DNA from: Candidatus Limihabitans stercoravium
GTDB lineage: Bacteria > Bacillota > Clostridia > Christensenellales > CAG-314
NCBI GenBank assembly: GCA_018715495.1
Contig: DVLO01000008.1
Span: 9,394 to 73,393, forward strand
Length of the DNA: 64,000 bases
Direction: 5' to 3'
Within the stretch, counting starts at the first letter, position 1; every line of letters begins with the position of its first letter. The notes beneath the pieces are model-generated. The model made no database searches. It was given only the letters and a program-made list of their open reading frames with translations, and was not told the origin of the DNA. Made by a program: the position numbers and the translations under genes. Positions 10,851-20,268 of the stretch are shown here, piece after piece.

Positions 10851-12308
10851 ATGAAGAAGATTATTACCATGTTGTTGCTTGTTTCGTTGCTTTTCGTGAT
10901 GGTTGCCTGCGACAACAATTTTGTGGAAAAGACATCGCACAATCTGGAGACCTACACAATTGTTATGTCCTACGACCATGAAAATCGCAAGGTCAGCGCC
11001 ACACAGTCTGTCAAGATAACCAACAGATGGGACGAACCGGTAGATTGCCTGAAATTTCACATTTACGCAAATCAGTACCGTGAAGGGGCAGCGTGGTCGG
11101 TTGTTACGTCAGGTTACCGCAGCAAGGCCTATCCCAACGGAGAAAGTTGGGGCAACATCACTTTCGACAGTGTAAGTTGCAATGGCAATTCCGTTGCCTA
11201 CGTCATCGAAGGACAGGACATGGACATCTTGTCGGTGCCCATTTCAAGTCTTGGTCCCAATGAAACGGTCACAATTGACATGACCTACGAAATACAACTT
11301 GCCAATGTGCTACACAGATTGGGTTACGGCGACAACACTGTAAATCTTGGTAATTTCTACCCCATACTGTGCGTGTGGGAAGACGGTTTCCAGACCACGC
11401 CTTACTACAACATCGGCGACCCGTTTGTAAGCAGAGTTGCCAACTACGACGTGACCATCAATGCTCCAAGCGAATTTGTAGTTGCGTCCAGCGGTAATAT
11501 GGAGGAAAGCACAGTCACCGACGGAATCACATCTTCACGCTACACAGCATTGTCTGTCAGAGATTTCGCAATGGTGCTGTCGGACAAATTCGAAGTATCA
11601 ACTGCTGAGGTGGGTGATGTTACGGTCAATTACTACCACTTTGCCGATAGTGACAGCAACACAACATTGCAAACGGCAGTGGGCATGCTGACCTATCTGT
11701 CGGAAAAAATCGGCAAGTATCCCTACAAGGTGTACAACGTTGCCGAAACGGATTTCTGTTACGGCGGCATGGAATATCCCAATCTTGTAATGGTCACAAG
11801 CAATTCTTCGCAGTACCTTGTTGCCACAGCGCATGAAACAGCACATCAGTGGTTTTACGGATTGGTCGGCAACGATCAGATAAACTTTGCCTGGATGGAC
11901 GAAGGTCTTGTGGAATTTCTCACCATGCTGTACATGGACAGCGTGGAGGAAGGCAGTCTTCACACAATGATAAAGAGTGCATTCCGCAATTACACAACCT
12001 TTGTTGATGTGCTCAGTCAGTTTGGTAAGCTGGATGTTTCATTGCGCCCCATTTCGCAGTACAAGTCGGACAGTGAATACGTCTACATGACTTACGCTAA
12101 GGGAAGTCTGTTGTTCTACTCATTGTATCAGACAATGGGCGAAACAAAGTTCTTCAACGCATTGAAGGATTACTACAACAACTGCAAGCTGACAATTGCC
12201 CATCCCGAACAGATGATGGACAGTTTTTCCAGAGCATTCGGAAGTGATATGTCGGGCGTGTTTGACAGCTTTGTTGAAGGTAAGGACATCATTGGGCAGA
12301 TAGACTGA
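10851..12308 (+). CDS. M1-family Zn aminopeptidase, lipoprotein
   Basis: Lipobox VMVAC; GGMEYP, HETAH (HEXXH), WMDEG, YAKGS. Confidence 0.88.
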   Translation: MKKIITMLLLVSLLFVMVACDNNFVEKTSHNLETYTIVMSYDHENRKVSATQSVKITNRWDEPVDCLKFHIYANQYREGAAWSVVTSGYRSKAYPNGESWGNITFDSVSCNGNSVAYVIEGQDMDILSVPISSLGPNETVTIDMTYEIQLANVLHRLGYGDNTVNLGNFYPILCVWEDGFQTTPYYNIGDPFVSRVANYDVTINAPSEFVVASSGNMEESTVTDGITSSRYTALSVRDFAMVLSDKFEVSTAEVGDVTVNYYHFADSDSNTTLQTAVGMLTYLSEKIGKYPYKVYNVAETDFCYGGMEYPNLVMVTSNSSQYLVATAHETAHQWFYGLVGNDQINFAWMDEGLVEFLTMLYMDSVEEGSLHTMIKSAFRNYTTFVDVLSQFGKLDVSLRPISQYKSDSEYVYMTYAKGSLLFYSLYQTMGETKFFNALKDYYNNCKLTIAHPEQMMDSFSRAFGSDMSGVFDSFVEGKDIIGQID

Positions 12309-12321
12309 TTACAAAACAAAT

Positions 12322-12351
12322 AATGCCGTAGGCTTACGCTTACGGCATTTT
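12322..12351. terminator. Bidirectional terminator
   Basis: AATGCCGTAGGC-TTAC-GCTTACGGCATT between convergent genes. Confidence 0.75.
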
Positions 12352-12355
12352 CAAT

Positions 12356-12973
12356 TTACTGCTGTTCCGGGCTGGGCAGCGGATTGTAGAAGAATATCTT
12401 GCTGCTCATGATTTCGGTAAAGCACTGTTCGCAAGATGCAACGAAGTGTTCCTTCGAAGAACTGTTTGGGTGACACAACCAGTAGTAGATTGCGTGGCTT
12501 GCTCCCCCTGTAATGAAGTTGCTCACCAGTTCGATGGGGTACTTGCTTTTCAGCATTACGTCCATGATTTTAAGGAAGTCCTTCAATGTGGATTCTACCG
12601 ATTCGAAGATTATCTGCGATACAAGAGGATTGTCCTGTTGAACAAGTTTCTGTAACAGTTCCTTGCGTGCAATACATTCGTCAAGGCACAACGAAATAAC
12701 TGTAGAACAGAACTTTGCGGGATTTGTGTATATGTTTTGCGGCTTTACTTCACTTATTACGGCATTCTTGATTGTTTCAATGGTGAAACGTACAGTGTCG
12801 TTGAACAAATCGTACTTGTCCTCATAGTGCTTGTAAAAGGTCATTCGGTTGATGAGGGCAAGGTCGCAGATTTCCTTTACGGTGATGCTGTCAAATGTGC
12901 GTGTCTGCAACAATGTGATCATTGCATTGCGCAGGTCTCTTTTGGATTTTACAATTCTAAGATCTTCTTTCAT
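12356..12973 (-). CDS. TetR/AcrR-family transcriptional regulator
   Basis: DLRIVKSK...FDSITVKEICDLALINRMTFYKHYEDKYDL HTH. Confidence 0.9.
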   Translation of the reverse strand: MKEDLRIVKSKRDLRNAMITLLQTRTFDSITVKEICDLALINRMTFYKHYEDKYDLFNDTVRFTIETIKNAVISEVKPQNIYTNPAKFCSTVISLCLDECIARKELLQKLVQQDNPLVSQIIFESVESTLKDFLKIMDVMLKSKYPIELVSNFITGGASHAIYYWLCHPNSSSKEHFVASCEQCFTEIMSSKIFFYNPLPSPEQQ

Positions 12974-13116
12974 ATAGCTACCTCTGTTTTATATTTTAAC
13001 ACGTAACTATACAATTGTAAAGAAAATGTATAATATTGTACATCTATTTAATTAGTTTACAAATATTAGTGTTGTGTAGTAGGTTGTAATTGTATGATTT
13101 GCATGTTACAGTGCAC

Positions 13117-13145
13117 TTGAACAAATCAATTCTTTGGTGTATAAT
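13117..13145 (+). promoter_or_regulatory. sigmaA-type promoter of yitT-like gene
   Basis: TTGAAC-17bp-TATAAT. Confidence 0.55.
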
Positions 13146-13174
13146 GAAATTAATTCAATTTTACGGAGTTTTTT

Positions 13175-14089
13175 ATGAAAAAAGGTGTATTGAGACAATT
13201 CAGTGTAGTAAATTTTGTGTTTCTAACTTTGGCAGGTGTGATCAATGCTGTGGGCGTTACCTTGTTTCTTGGTGCAGTAGGGCTGTTTGACGGCGGATTT
13301 TCCGGTACGTCAATGTTGCTTGCCGACGTGACCGCCGTTGATATGAGTATTTTCCTTATTGTAATCAACTTTCCTTTCTTTATATTCGGTTACAAGAAAC
13401 TCGGAATCAGGTTTATAGTTTATTCTATCTACACAATTGCAGTCTATTCGCTGTTCGCCTTCCTGTTTCAGGATGTATTTGCAATAGATTTCACCAACGG
13501 TTCACCCATTGCCGGAAACGATCTCTTGTTGTGTGCAATATTCGGTGGCGTTGTGTCGGGTATCGGAAGCGGCACAACAATCAGGTTCGGCGGTGCAATC
13601 GACGGTGTGGAAGTACTGGCAATCATGTTTGCAAAAAAACTGGGTATGACTGTTGGTACATTCGTTATGTCCTACAACGTGTTGCTGTACGTAATTGCAG
13701 GTATCTTTACATCTTCATGGAGCATTGCGCTGTATTCCATTGTTGCCTACGCCGTGGGATTAAAGGCTGTTGACTTCATTGTTGACGGTCTTGATAAGGC
13801 GAAGTCGGCATTTATCATTACCGACAGGGGAGATGTTCTTGCTGAGAAACTGTCCGAACAGTTCGGAAGGGGTGTGACGGTAATGGACGCCGAAGGGTAC
13901 TATTCCAAGAGTGACAAGACCCTGCTGTACTGCGTTGTCAACAGATTTGAAGTAAACAGACTTAAAGAGGTTGTACTTTCTACCGATTCCGATGCGTTTG
14001 TTGTTATAACCGATGTCACCGATTCACTGGGAAGTACGTTGAGATACAGACGTAGCAACAAAAAGGAGAACACTACAAATGAAAATTGA
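13175..14089 (+). CDS. YitT-family membrane protein (DUF161/DUF2179)
   Basis: DGGFSG, GGAIDGVE, C-terminal RGVT..GYYS..DAFV. Confidence 0.88.
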   Translation: MKKGVLRQFSVVNFVFLTLAGVINAVGVTLFLGAVGLFDGGFSGTSMLLADVTAVDMSIFLIVINFPFFIFGYKKLGIRFIVYSIYTIAVYSLFAFLFQDVFAIDFTNGSPIAGNDLLLCAIFGGVVSGIGSGTTIRFGGAIDGVEVLAIMFAKKLGMTVGTFVMSYNVLLYVIAGIFTSSWSIALYSIVAYAVGLKAVDFIVDGLDKAKSAFIITDRGDVLAEKLSEQFGRGVTVMDAEGYYSKSDKTLLYCVVNRFEVNRLKEVVLSTDSDAFVVITDVTDSLGSTLRYRRSNKKENTTNEN

Positions 14090-14516
14090 ATTTACCGATG
14101 TGGAAAAAATCTACAATCTGCGACGTGATGTAATGCGTCCGGGAATGGACTTGTCCTACGTAATGTACGATGAGGACAACAATGAGGGGTCTTTCCACCT
14201 TGCCGCTGTAGAGGATGACAAGATTGTTGCGTGCATCACGTTTTTCCCAAGTACCAATCCCGATTTGCCTTACGAAAATCAGTACCGAATGCGTGCGCTT
14301 TGCACTGACGAAAATTACCGTGGAAGGGGATACGCAACTCAACTTATAAACAAGGGCATGGAAATTGCAGTAAGCAGAGGCGCACATGTGGTGTGGTTCC
14401 ATGCCAGAGTTCATCTTGTTAACTTCTACCGTTCTTTCGGTTGCGTTGAGTACGGACAACCTTTCCCCGTCAAGTACTCATGCATGCACATCAACATGTA
14501 CAAGGTGTTCAATTAA
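14079..14516 (+). CDS. GNAT acetyltransferase
   Basis: LRRDVMRPG, YRMRALCT..YRGRGYA, WFHAR, FY..FG. Confidence 0.8.
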   Translation: MKIEFTDVEKIYNLRRDVMRPGMDLSYVMYDEDNNEGSFHLAAVEDDKIVACITFFPSTNPDLPYENQYRMRALCTDENYRGRGYATQLINKGMEIAVSRGAHVVWFHARVHLVNFYRSFGCVEYGQPFPVKYSCMHINMYKVFN

Positions 14517-14599
14517 TTAAAATATTTGCTTTTTTCAACAAAATATCAAGAAAATTGTAGTAGTATAACACATTGTGCTGTCTATTTGTAAAAATACCT

Positions 14600-14628
14600 T
14601 TGACAACAGGTAAAAACAAGCGTACAAT
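14600..14628 (+). promoter_or_regulatory. sigmaA-type promoter of MATE gene
   Basis: TTGACA-17bp-TACAAT. Confidence 0.7.
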
Positions 14629-14656
14629 GTTTAGACAATTATTTGAAGGTGATAAA

Positions 14657-16039
14657 GTGGAAAAAGTCAGAAAATCACGTGTGGAAATAAACATGACGGA
14701 AGGCGGTCTGTTCGGCAAGATTGTTGCCTTCACGTTACCCGTAATGTTGAGTGGTATATTGCAGTTGCTGTTCAATGCTGCCGACATGGCGGTGGTGGGA
14801 CAATTCGTCAGCGATCAGGCATTGGCTGCTGTTGGTTCCACCAACAGTCTTGTAAACCTTGTGCTCAACCTGTTTATGGGTATGTCAGTAGGTACAGGCG
14901 TTGTAATGTCACGCTGCTACGGTGCTAAAAACAAGGAATACGGCGAAAAGGTACTACACACTTCGTTGCCCGTTGCATTTATTTCGGGTATAGTGGTTAC
15001 CATAATCGGCGTAAGTTGTTGCAGACAGTTGCTTGAACTCATGGGTTCACCCGACAACGTAATAGATTTGTCAACCGAATACCTTACAATTTATTTCCTT
15101 GGCGCACCGATGAACCTGGTTTACAACTTCGGCGCAGCGGTAATGCGTTCTACAGGTGACTCCAAAAGACCATTGCTGTACCTGACAATTGCGGGTGTAA
15201 TCAACATCATCGTCAACATCATTTCCGTTGTTGTATTCAAGATGGGCGTTGCCGGTGTTGCTTACGCTACCATCGCTTCTCAGACAATTTCAGCTGTAAT
15301 GGTGCTTTTTGCATTGAGACGCAAGGACGGATTTGTTCAGTTCAGCTGGAAGAAGCTGCGTATCAACAAACGTGCTTTGGGTGAAATTGTAAGAATCGGT
15401 GTTCCGTCCGGTATTCAGGGCGCACTGTTTTCCATCTCCAACATGCTGATTCAGTCCACAATCAACAGCTTCGGCGACATTGCAATGGCAGGAAACTCCG
15501 TGTACAGCAGTCTGTCAGGATTTATCTACACGGCAATGAACTCCGTCAGCAACGCCGTAATCACCGCAATAGGTCAAAACCTTGGCGCTCGCAAGTTGGA
15601 TCGTGTCAAGCGTGCTTTCTGGATGTGCCTGGGACTTACCACTGCCGTGGGTATCATTATCGGCGGTCTGGAACTGTTGTTCGCAAGACCTCTCATATCC
15701 ATCTACAACAGCAATCCCGAAGTAATGGAAATAGCACTGATTGGCTTGATTATCATCAACAGTACCTACTTCATCTGTGGTGCAATGGAAGTCGTCAACT
15801 TTTCCTTGCGTGGTATAGGTTACTCGATGACGCCCATGATCATTGTATTGGTGGGTACGTGTGCGTTCCGTATTTTCTGGATTTATTGTATTTTCCCCAT
15901 CGACCCGACGTTGCAAAACATTTATTTGTCCTATCCGGTATCTTGGATTGTGACGCTTGCAGTAGCGTTTGTAACCTTCCTTGTGTTGTTCAGACGTCTT
16001 GAAAAGAAGATGTTTCAGCAAACTGAATTACAGAATTGA
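14657..16039 (+). CDS. MATE-family efflux transporter
   Basis: LQLLFNAADMAVVG, RSTGDSKRP, GVAGVAYAT, about 12 hydrophobic segments; GTG start after GAAGGTG. Confidence 0.92.
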   Translation: MEKVRKSRVEINMTEGGLFGKIVAFTLPVMLSGILQLLFNAADMAVVGQFVSDQALAAVGSTNSLVNLVLNLFMGMSVGTGVVMSRCYGAKNKEYGEKVLHTSLPVAFISGIVVTIIGVSCCRQLLELMGSPDNVIDLSTEYLTIYFLGAPMNLVYNFGAAVMRSTGDSKRPLLYLTIAGVINIIVNIISVVVFKMGVAGVAYATIASQTISAVMVLFALRRKDGFVQFSWKKLRINKRALGEIVRIGVPSGIQGALFSISNMLIQSTINSFGDIAMAGNSVYSSLSGFIYTAMNSVSNAVITAIGQNLGARKLDRVKRAFWMCLGLTTAVGIIIGGLELLFARPLISIYNSNPEVMEIALIGLIIINSTYFICGAMEVVNFSLRGIGYSMTPMIIVLVGTCAFRIFWIYCIFPIDPTLQNIYLSYPVSWIVTLAVAFVTFLVLFRRLEKKMFQQTELQN

Positions 16040-16065
16040 TTGATTTTTAAAATTATCTCTGCATT

Positions 16066-16101
16066 AAAAAACGGACAAAGCATTCAGCTTTGTCCGTTTT
16101 T
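16066..16101. terminator. Bidirectional terminator
   Basis: AAAAAACGGACAAAGC-ATTCA-GCTTTGTCCGTTTTT. Confidence 0.85.
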
Positions 16102-16115
16102 GAGTTAACAATTTT

Positions 16116-16445
16116 TTAAAGCAGCAGCATTCCGTATGTTCCACCCATTTGAGCAATCATCGGTGTGAGAACGAAGATGTTGATGATGTTGAGCACAACG
16201 CCAACAATAAATCCGATCAATGCGCCTTTACCGCAGGACTTGGCACGAAGCGGTGTCTTGTCCTTCCATACAAGGTACAGGATCAGACCGACGATCGGGA
16301 AGAAGAAGCACAGCACAGCGTATCCGAAACTTGGTGCGTCATTCACTACCGGTGTAGGTGCCTGTGTCTGTTCGGCGTTGTTGTAGCCGCAGTTCGGACA
16401 AAATGTTCCTTCATTGAACTCTCTGCCGCATTTTTTGCATGTCAT
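16116..16445 (-). CDS. Zn-ribbon + 2TM small membrane protein (paralog 3)
   Basis: MTCKKCG..FCPNCG; FFFPIVGLILYLVWKD..PLRAKSCGKGALI; RBS AGGGGG. Confidence 0.85.
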   Translation of the reverse strand: MTCKKCGREFNEGTFCPNCGYNNAEQTQAPTPVVNDAPSFGYAVLCFFFPIVGLILYLVWKDKTPLRAKSCGKGALIGFIVGVVLNIINIFVLTPMIAQMGGTYGMLLL

Positions 16446-16480
16446 AGTAGTTACCCCCTATATTTTTTAAAAGTTTAATA

Positions 16481-16822
16481 TTACAGTAGCAGTAGCGTTG
16501 ACAGCCCCATTGTAGCCGAACCACTTGCGGCAGCAGCTATTGCTATTATAACGAACAATAAAATTACGTAAATTACCGCCAGTACTGCGTATACGATTAC
16601 GGCAATTAAAGCACCTTTACCGCAGGACTTTGCACGCAGTGGATATTCGTCCTTCCACACAAGGTACAGTATCAATCCCACAATGGGGATGAAGAAACAC
16701 AGTACAGCGTAACCGCCGCTGGGTGCGTCGTTGTTTTGTCTTACTGCAGTAAACTGTGCGCTTCCGCAGTAAGGGCAGAAAGCCCCTTCCTGAAATTCTT
16801 TCCCGCAATTTTTACAAGTCAT
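16481..16822 (-). CDS. Zn-ribbon + 2TM small membrane protein (paralog 2)
   Basis: MTCKNCG..FCPYCG; same conserved core; RBS AGGGGG. Confidence 0.85.
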   Translation of the reverse strand: MTCKNCGKEFQEGAFCPYCGSAQFTAVRQNNDAPSGGYAVLCFFIPIVGLILYLVWKDEYPLRAKSCGKGALIAVIVYAVLAVIYVILLFVIIAIAAAASGSATMGLSTLLLL

Positions 16823-17178
16823 TTTTAATCCCCCTATTTTAATACCGTCGCAGTTGCGTAGGTAATATTACTTGTTGTAACTTTCACAACGGGCACTTTA
16901 CAGTGTTGCCTGCATTGTGTCTCAGCGGTGTATCAGTTGACATCTTGAAACATCAAGCACGTCATTTGATTTATCAAGTTGACTTAAGTATACACAATTG
17001 TCAGTTACTCGTCAATTGTGTATTCAATATTTTGTTGTATTTTGTCTAAAAGAGTGGTACGTTGTGTGATTTTTCGCAATGAAACCACCTTGGTAAGCAC
17101 ATGTCGGCGAATGTCGGCTTGCATTACATCAAGTTGGGCGATTGCAACACACTGCATTTGATTAACCCAACAGTCAAT

Positions 17179-17502
17179 TTACAGCAGTGTAAATGCCGGT
17201 ACGGTGACGAGCAATCCCAACATTGTTATCAGTAGTGTGAGCACAATGCTCAACACCCACAGTGCCACAGCGACGATTGCACCAATCAATGCCCCTTTAC
17301 CGCAGGATTTGGCACGCAACGGGTAATCATCCTTCCACACAAGGTAAAGAATGAGTCCTATCACAGGAAGAAAGAACCCGAGTACTGTGTATCCTGCATC
17401 GGGTTTGTCAACCTTTTGCGGAGTTTCAACATACAGTGGTGTACCGCAGTAAGGGCAAAATGCTCCTTCGTTTACCTCTTTTCCACATCGTTTACAAGTC
17501 AT
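17179..17502 (-). CDS. Zn-ribbon + 2TM small membrane protein (paralog 1)
   Basis: MTCKRCG..FCPYCG; same conserved core; RBS GGAGGAGGG. Confidence 0.85.
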   Translation of the reverse strand: MTCKRCGKEVNEGAFCPYCGTPLYVETPQKVDKPDAGYTVLGFFLPVIGLILYLVWKDDYPLRAKSCGKGALIGAIVAVALWVLSIVLTLLITMLGLLVTVPAFTLL

Positions 17503-17528
17503 TTTTCTCCCTCCTCCAAGTTACATTC

Positions 17529-17557
17529 ATTGTACAATGTCTATATGGCAAAGTCAA
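17529..17557 (-). promoter_or_regulatory. sigmaA-type promoter of Zn-ribbon paralog 1
   Basis: Minus strand TTGACT-17bp-TACAAT. Confidence 0.6.
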
Positions 17558-17672
17558 TACTTGTCTTTAAAAAGAAAGGCAATAAACCCAACTATTTTTT
17601 AATTTCAGTGCGAAAAACCGTGTTTTTTAGTGAGCAACATTGACTGACATGTCCGTGCGTAGTATCAGACGT

Positions 17673-18113
17673 TTAAAGATTGAATATATCGATTATGGTT
17701 TTGTTTTTTCTCATTGCATACTTGCACGCCGTTGATGCTCCTCCCGTCGTGTATTTTACTCCCGAAAGAATGAAATCGGAAATGTCTACTATCTTTTTGT
17801 TTGTGTAATGTATCGCAAATTTTGGCGGAACAAATCTATCTATCGTATACAGCGAGTCATTGAAACATGATGGCAGTTCAAAGTTTTTACTTGGGTAGTA
17901 GCACAGTGCCATTGTATTCACAATGTCAGGAAAACTTTTTCGAATTTCGAAAATGTAATTTGCACACAATCTGTCGAATTGACTGCTGTACGTCGAATAG
18001 AATTGAGTTACGTTCTTGTTTTCTACTAAATCCCAAATGCATTGGAAAATTTTGTTTTCCCATTTTGAGTAGTCAAATCTTCTGTGTCCGAAAAAAGCAC
18101 AAGTCACTGACAT
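17673..18113 (-). CDS. SLOG-superfamily (YspA/DUF1273-like) protein
   Basis: TCAFFGHR, N..IVDISD, GGASTACKYA..K.K.II pattern; RBS AAGGAGG. Confidence 0.7.
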   Translation of the reverse strand: MSVTCAFFGHRRFDYSKWENKIFQCIWDLVENKNVTQFYSTYSSQFDRLCANYIFEIRKSFPDIVNTMALCYYPSKNFELPSCFNDSLYTIDRFVPPKFAIHYTNKKIVDISDFILSGVKYTTGGASTACKYAMRKNKTIIDIFNL

Positions 18114-18270
18114 TACCTCCTTGATTTGTCTTTCAGTTGCATTTTACCATAGTCAATAGGAAATTGAAAGCAAATACACAAACAAATCGTGGTAAATCTT
18201 TATGTAGTAGCCGTGGTATATTGCGGTTGGTCGTGGTGTAAAATATAAAGTAACATAAGTAAGGAGTGTT

Positions 18271-18594
18271 GTGACTGTGAGTATTCAGGAACGTATTTTA
18301 CAACTGTGTAGACAACGCAATTGGTCATTGTACAAGCTTGCCCACGAGTCGGGAATTTCCGAAACGACAGTATACGGTTGGTTTAACAAGAATCAATTTA
18401 CTCCTTCACGCAGTTCTATTGAAGACATTTGCCGTGCCTTTGACATTTCGGTGTCGGCATTTTTCAACGATGTGGATCTGGACAATCTCACTTCGCAGCA
18501 GGTGGAATTGTTGACTCTTTTCGACAAAGTTCCCGACAACAAGAAATCCGTTGTGCTGGACATCGTGCGTTCCTTCGCCAAGGAAGTGGAGTAG
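18271..18594 (+). CDS. XRE-family HTH transcriptional regulator
   Basis: RILQLC..RNWSLYKLAHESGISETTV..W...PS..IEDIC.AF. Confidence 0.88.
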   Translation: MTVSIQERILQLCRQRNWSLYKLAHESGISETTVYGWFNKNQFTPSRSSIEDICRAFDISVSAFFNDVDLDNLTSQQVELLTLFDKVPDNKKSVVLDIVRSFAKEVE

Positions 18595-18881
18595 GTAGTT
18601 TCAAATGCCTTTAAATCATCGCTGAGTAAAGAGTATTGTTTTGTCACTAAACAACTTTATAGATTTTGACAAAATTATCTTAACTTTCAAATTTTATTTA
18701 ATTAAAAGATTCAGTATATTTTTTTTCATGTTATATAATCAATTGCACCTTATGTAAAAATGTTTCAAAATTGAAAATACAACTAATTTTTCATTTTAAT
18801 TGATATCTTTATCTTGACATGATATGTTTTATATTACATAAAACTACTATATTACACACATGATTAAAAGGATGATTGCAA

Positions 18882-19403
18882 ATGAGAAAATTTAGTTTAA
18901 TTCAGTCTTTCCCGGGAGTACGTGCCAAAGATGTCAATAGTGAAAATTTAAAGCTGTTTGAATGTATTGGTAATAACAATCAATATCATATTAGTAAGAT
19001 TTCACCGACTCGAAAAGTGAGTAAAAATTTGTCATTTAGTGGAATGGTTAAATTGGGACTACTTAATTTGCAAAAAAGTTTAGGTAAATCTAAATACTCA
19101 TTAACTTTGATAAAAAAAGCATTCGGGTTAAAAGAAGTAATTGAGTTTGGCAATGTAAAACATAAGTGTCAGTTTTTTTTAGGAAAGTCTCATGAAGTAT
19201 TTCTTAAAGCATATGATCTAGTGGGAATATTCAATCGACAATTTCCCACTAATTCTGGAAAAATTTTAAAGGAACAAATTTCAAAAGATATTGCACCTTG
19301 TCACATGCTAATGTGTTATACATTCTACAATTTAAATTCTGTAACAAGTGATGAGGTTAAAGATTATTTAAAAATGATGTTGAAGGAGATAGAAAAATTT
19401 TGA
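18882..19403 (+). CDS. Hypothetical basic soluble protein (AT-rich)
   Basis: 173-codon ORF in AT-rich DNA, RBS AAAGGA, stop overlaps next start (TTGA); no motif recognised. Confidence 0.65.
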   Translation: MRKFSLIQSFPGVRAKDVNSENLKLFECIGNNNQYHISKISPTRKVSKNLSFSGMVKLGLLNLQKSLGKSKYSLTLIKKAFGLKEVIEFGNVKHKCQFFLGKSHEVFLKAYDLVGIFNRQFPTNSGKILKEQISKDIAPCHMLMCYTFYNLNSVTSDEVKDYLKMMLKEIEKF

Positions 19404-19570
19404 AACGTAATGGCATAGGAGTGTCCAGAAAAACTTTGAAATGCAAGAGCATTGGAGTGTCTGGAAAAATTTCGAAACGCAAGGGCGTTGGAGTGTCCAG
19501 AAAAATTTTGAAACGCAATAGCGTTGGAGTATCTGTAAAAATTTTGAAACGTAATGATGTTGAAATATAC
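19391..19570 (+). repeat. Five tandem 36-bp imperfect repeats (coding, 12-aa unit)
   Basis: Units at 19391, 19427, 19463, 19499, 19535; consensus AGAAAAATTTTGAAACGCAAkrGCGTTGGAGTGTCy. Confidence 0.9.
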
Positions 19571-20182
19571 AATATTTCTAAACAGATAAAAAGATTGCAA
19601 AGAAAAGTCGAAAGCTCCAATGTTGCAATTCTGACTTTGGTTATTGGATTTCTTAGTAACATTGTTTCTATAGTGTTGGGGTTGTTGAAAGACGAAATTA
19701 GTGACACTTCATTTTTAGTTATCAATATAATAGTTATTTGTATTGTACTTGTGGCAGTGATAACTCTTGTTGTGACTATGGTCAAAAAAAAGTTTGTCAC
19801 GGTGGTTGGGTACAGTAAATATGATTGGTGTACCAGATTTGATGAATATGTTGTACCAAATGTAAAATGTGCGATTGAGTTAAGTGAAAATTTAAGTGTA
19901 GTGAAGAAAACCTACGGGGTGGATTCAGCTCAATATAAATTATATATAACGGAGTTAGCCTATTATTTATCAAGTGCAGCTAGAGTGCTTAAAGAAATAC
20001 TTACCAGAAGTCCTTCGATTATTGGGTCTTTGATTGCAAAAGAAAGGGTTGAGACTATTATTTCTTTGATTAAAACTATGAGTTCTCAAATTGATAAAAA
20101 TAAACATGAAAGCATGATTCAAGATCTTAATGTCTGTGAAGGGCAATTTAAAGATATATGCGATGAATTTGACAAAAATTAA
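19400..20182 (+). CDS. Hypothetical 2TM membrane protein with N-terminal basic 12-aa repeats
   Basis: RBS GAAGGAG, TTG start; two hydrophobic helices (VAILTLVIGFLSNIVSIVLGLL; FLVINIIVICIVLVAVITLVVTMV); helical C-terminus. Confidence 0.7.
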   Translation: MKRNGIGVSRKTLKCKSIGVSGKISKRKGVGVSRKILKRNSVGVSVKILKRNDVEIYNISKQIKRLQRKVESSNVAILTLVIGFLSNIVSIVLGLLKDEISDTSFLVINIIVICIVLVAVITLVVTMVKKKFVTVVGYSKYDWCTRFDEYVVPNVKCAIELSENLSVVKKTYGVDSAQYKLYITELAYYLSSAARVLKEILTRSPSIIGSLIAKERVETIISLIKTMSSQIDKNKHESMIQDLNVCEGQFKDICDEFDKN

Positions 20183-20268
20183 GTTCGTGCATAAATTTCA
20201 ATTAAATAAATAATGTTGGTTTCAGTTTGTTTTACGACTTGAGCCGTTTTAATAATATTTATCGAAAC

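Noticed and set aside
16116-17502. Diversity-generating retroelement or cassette-shuffling locus
   Set aside because: No reverse transcriptase or recombinase; differences between paralogs look like ordinary codon divergence rather than adenine-specific changes.
19391-19570. 36-bp repeats as a type II CRISPR array
   Set aside because: Units are head-to-tail with no unique spacers, they vary like codons, and no cas genes are present in the window.
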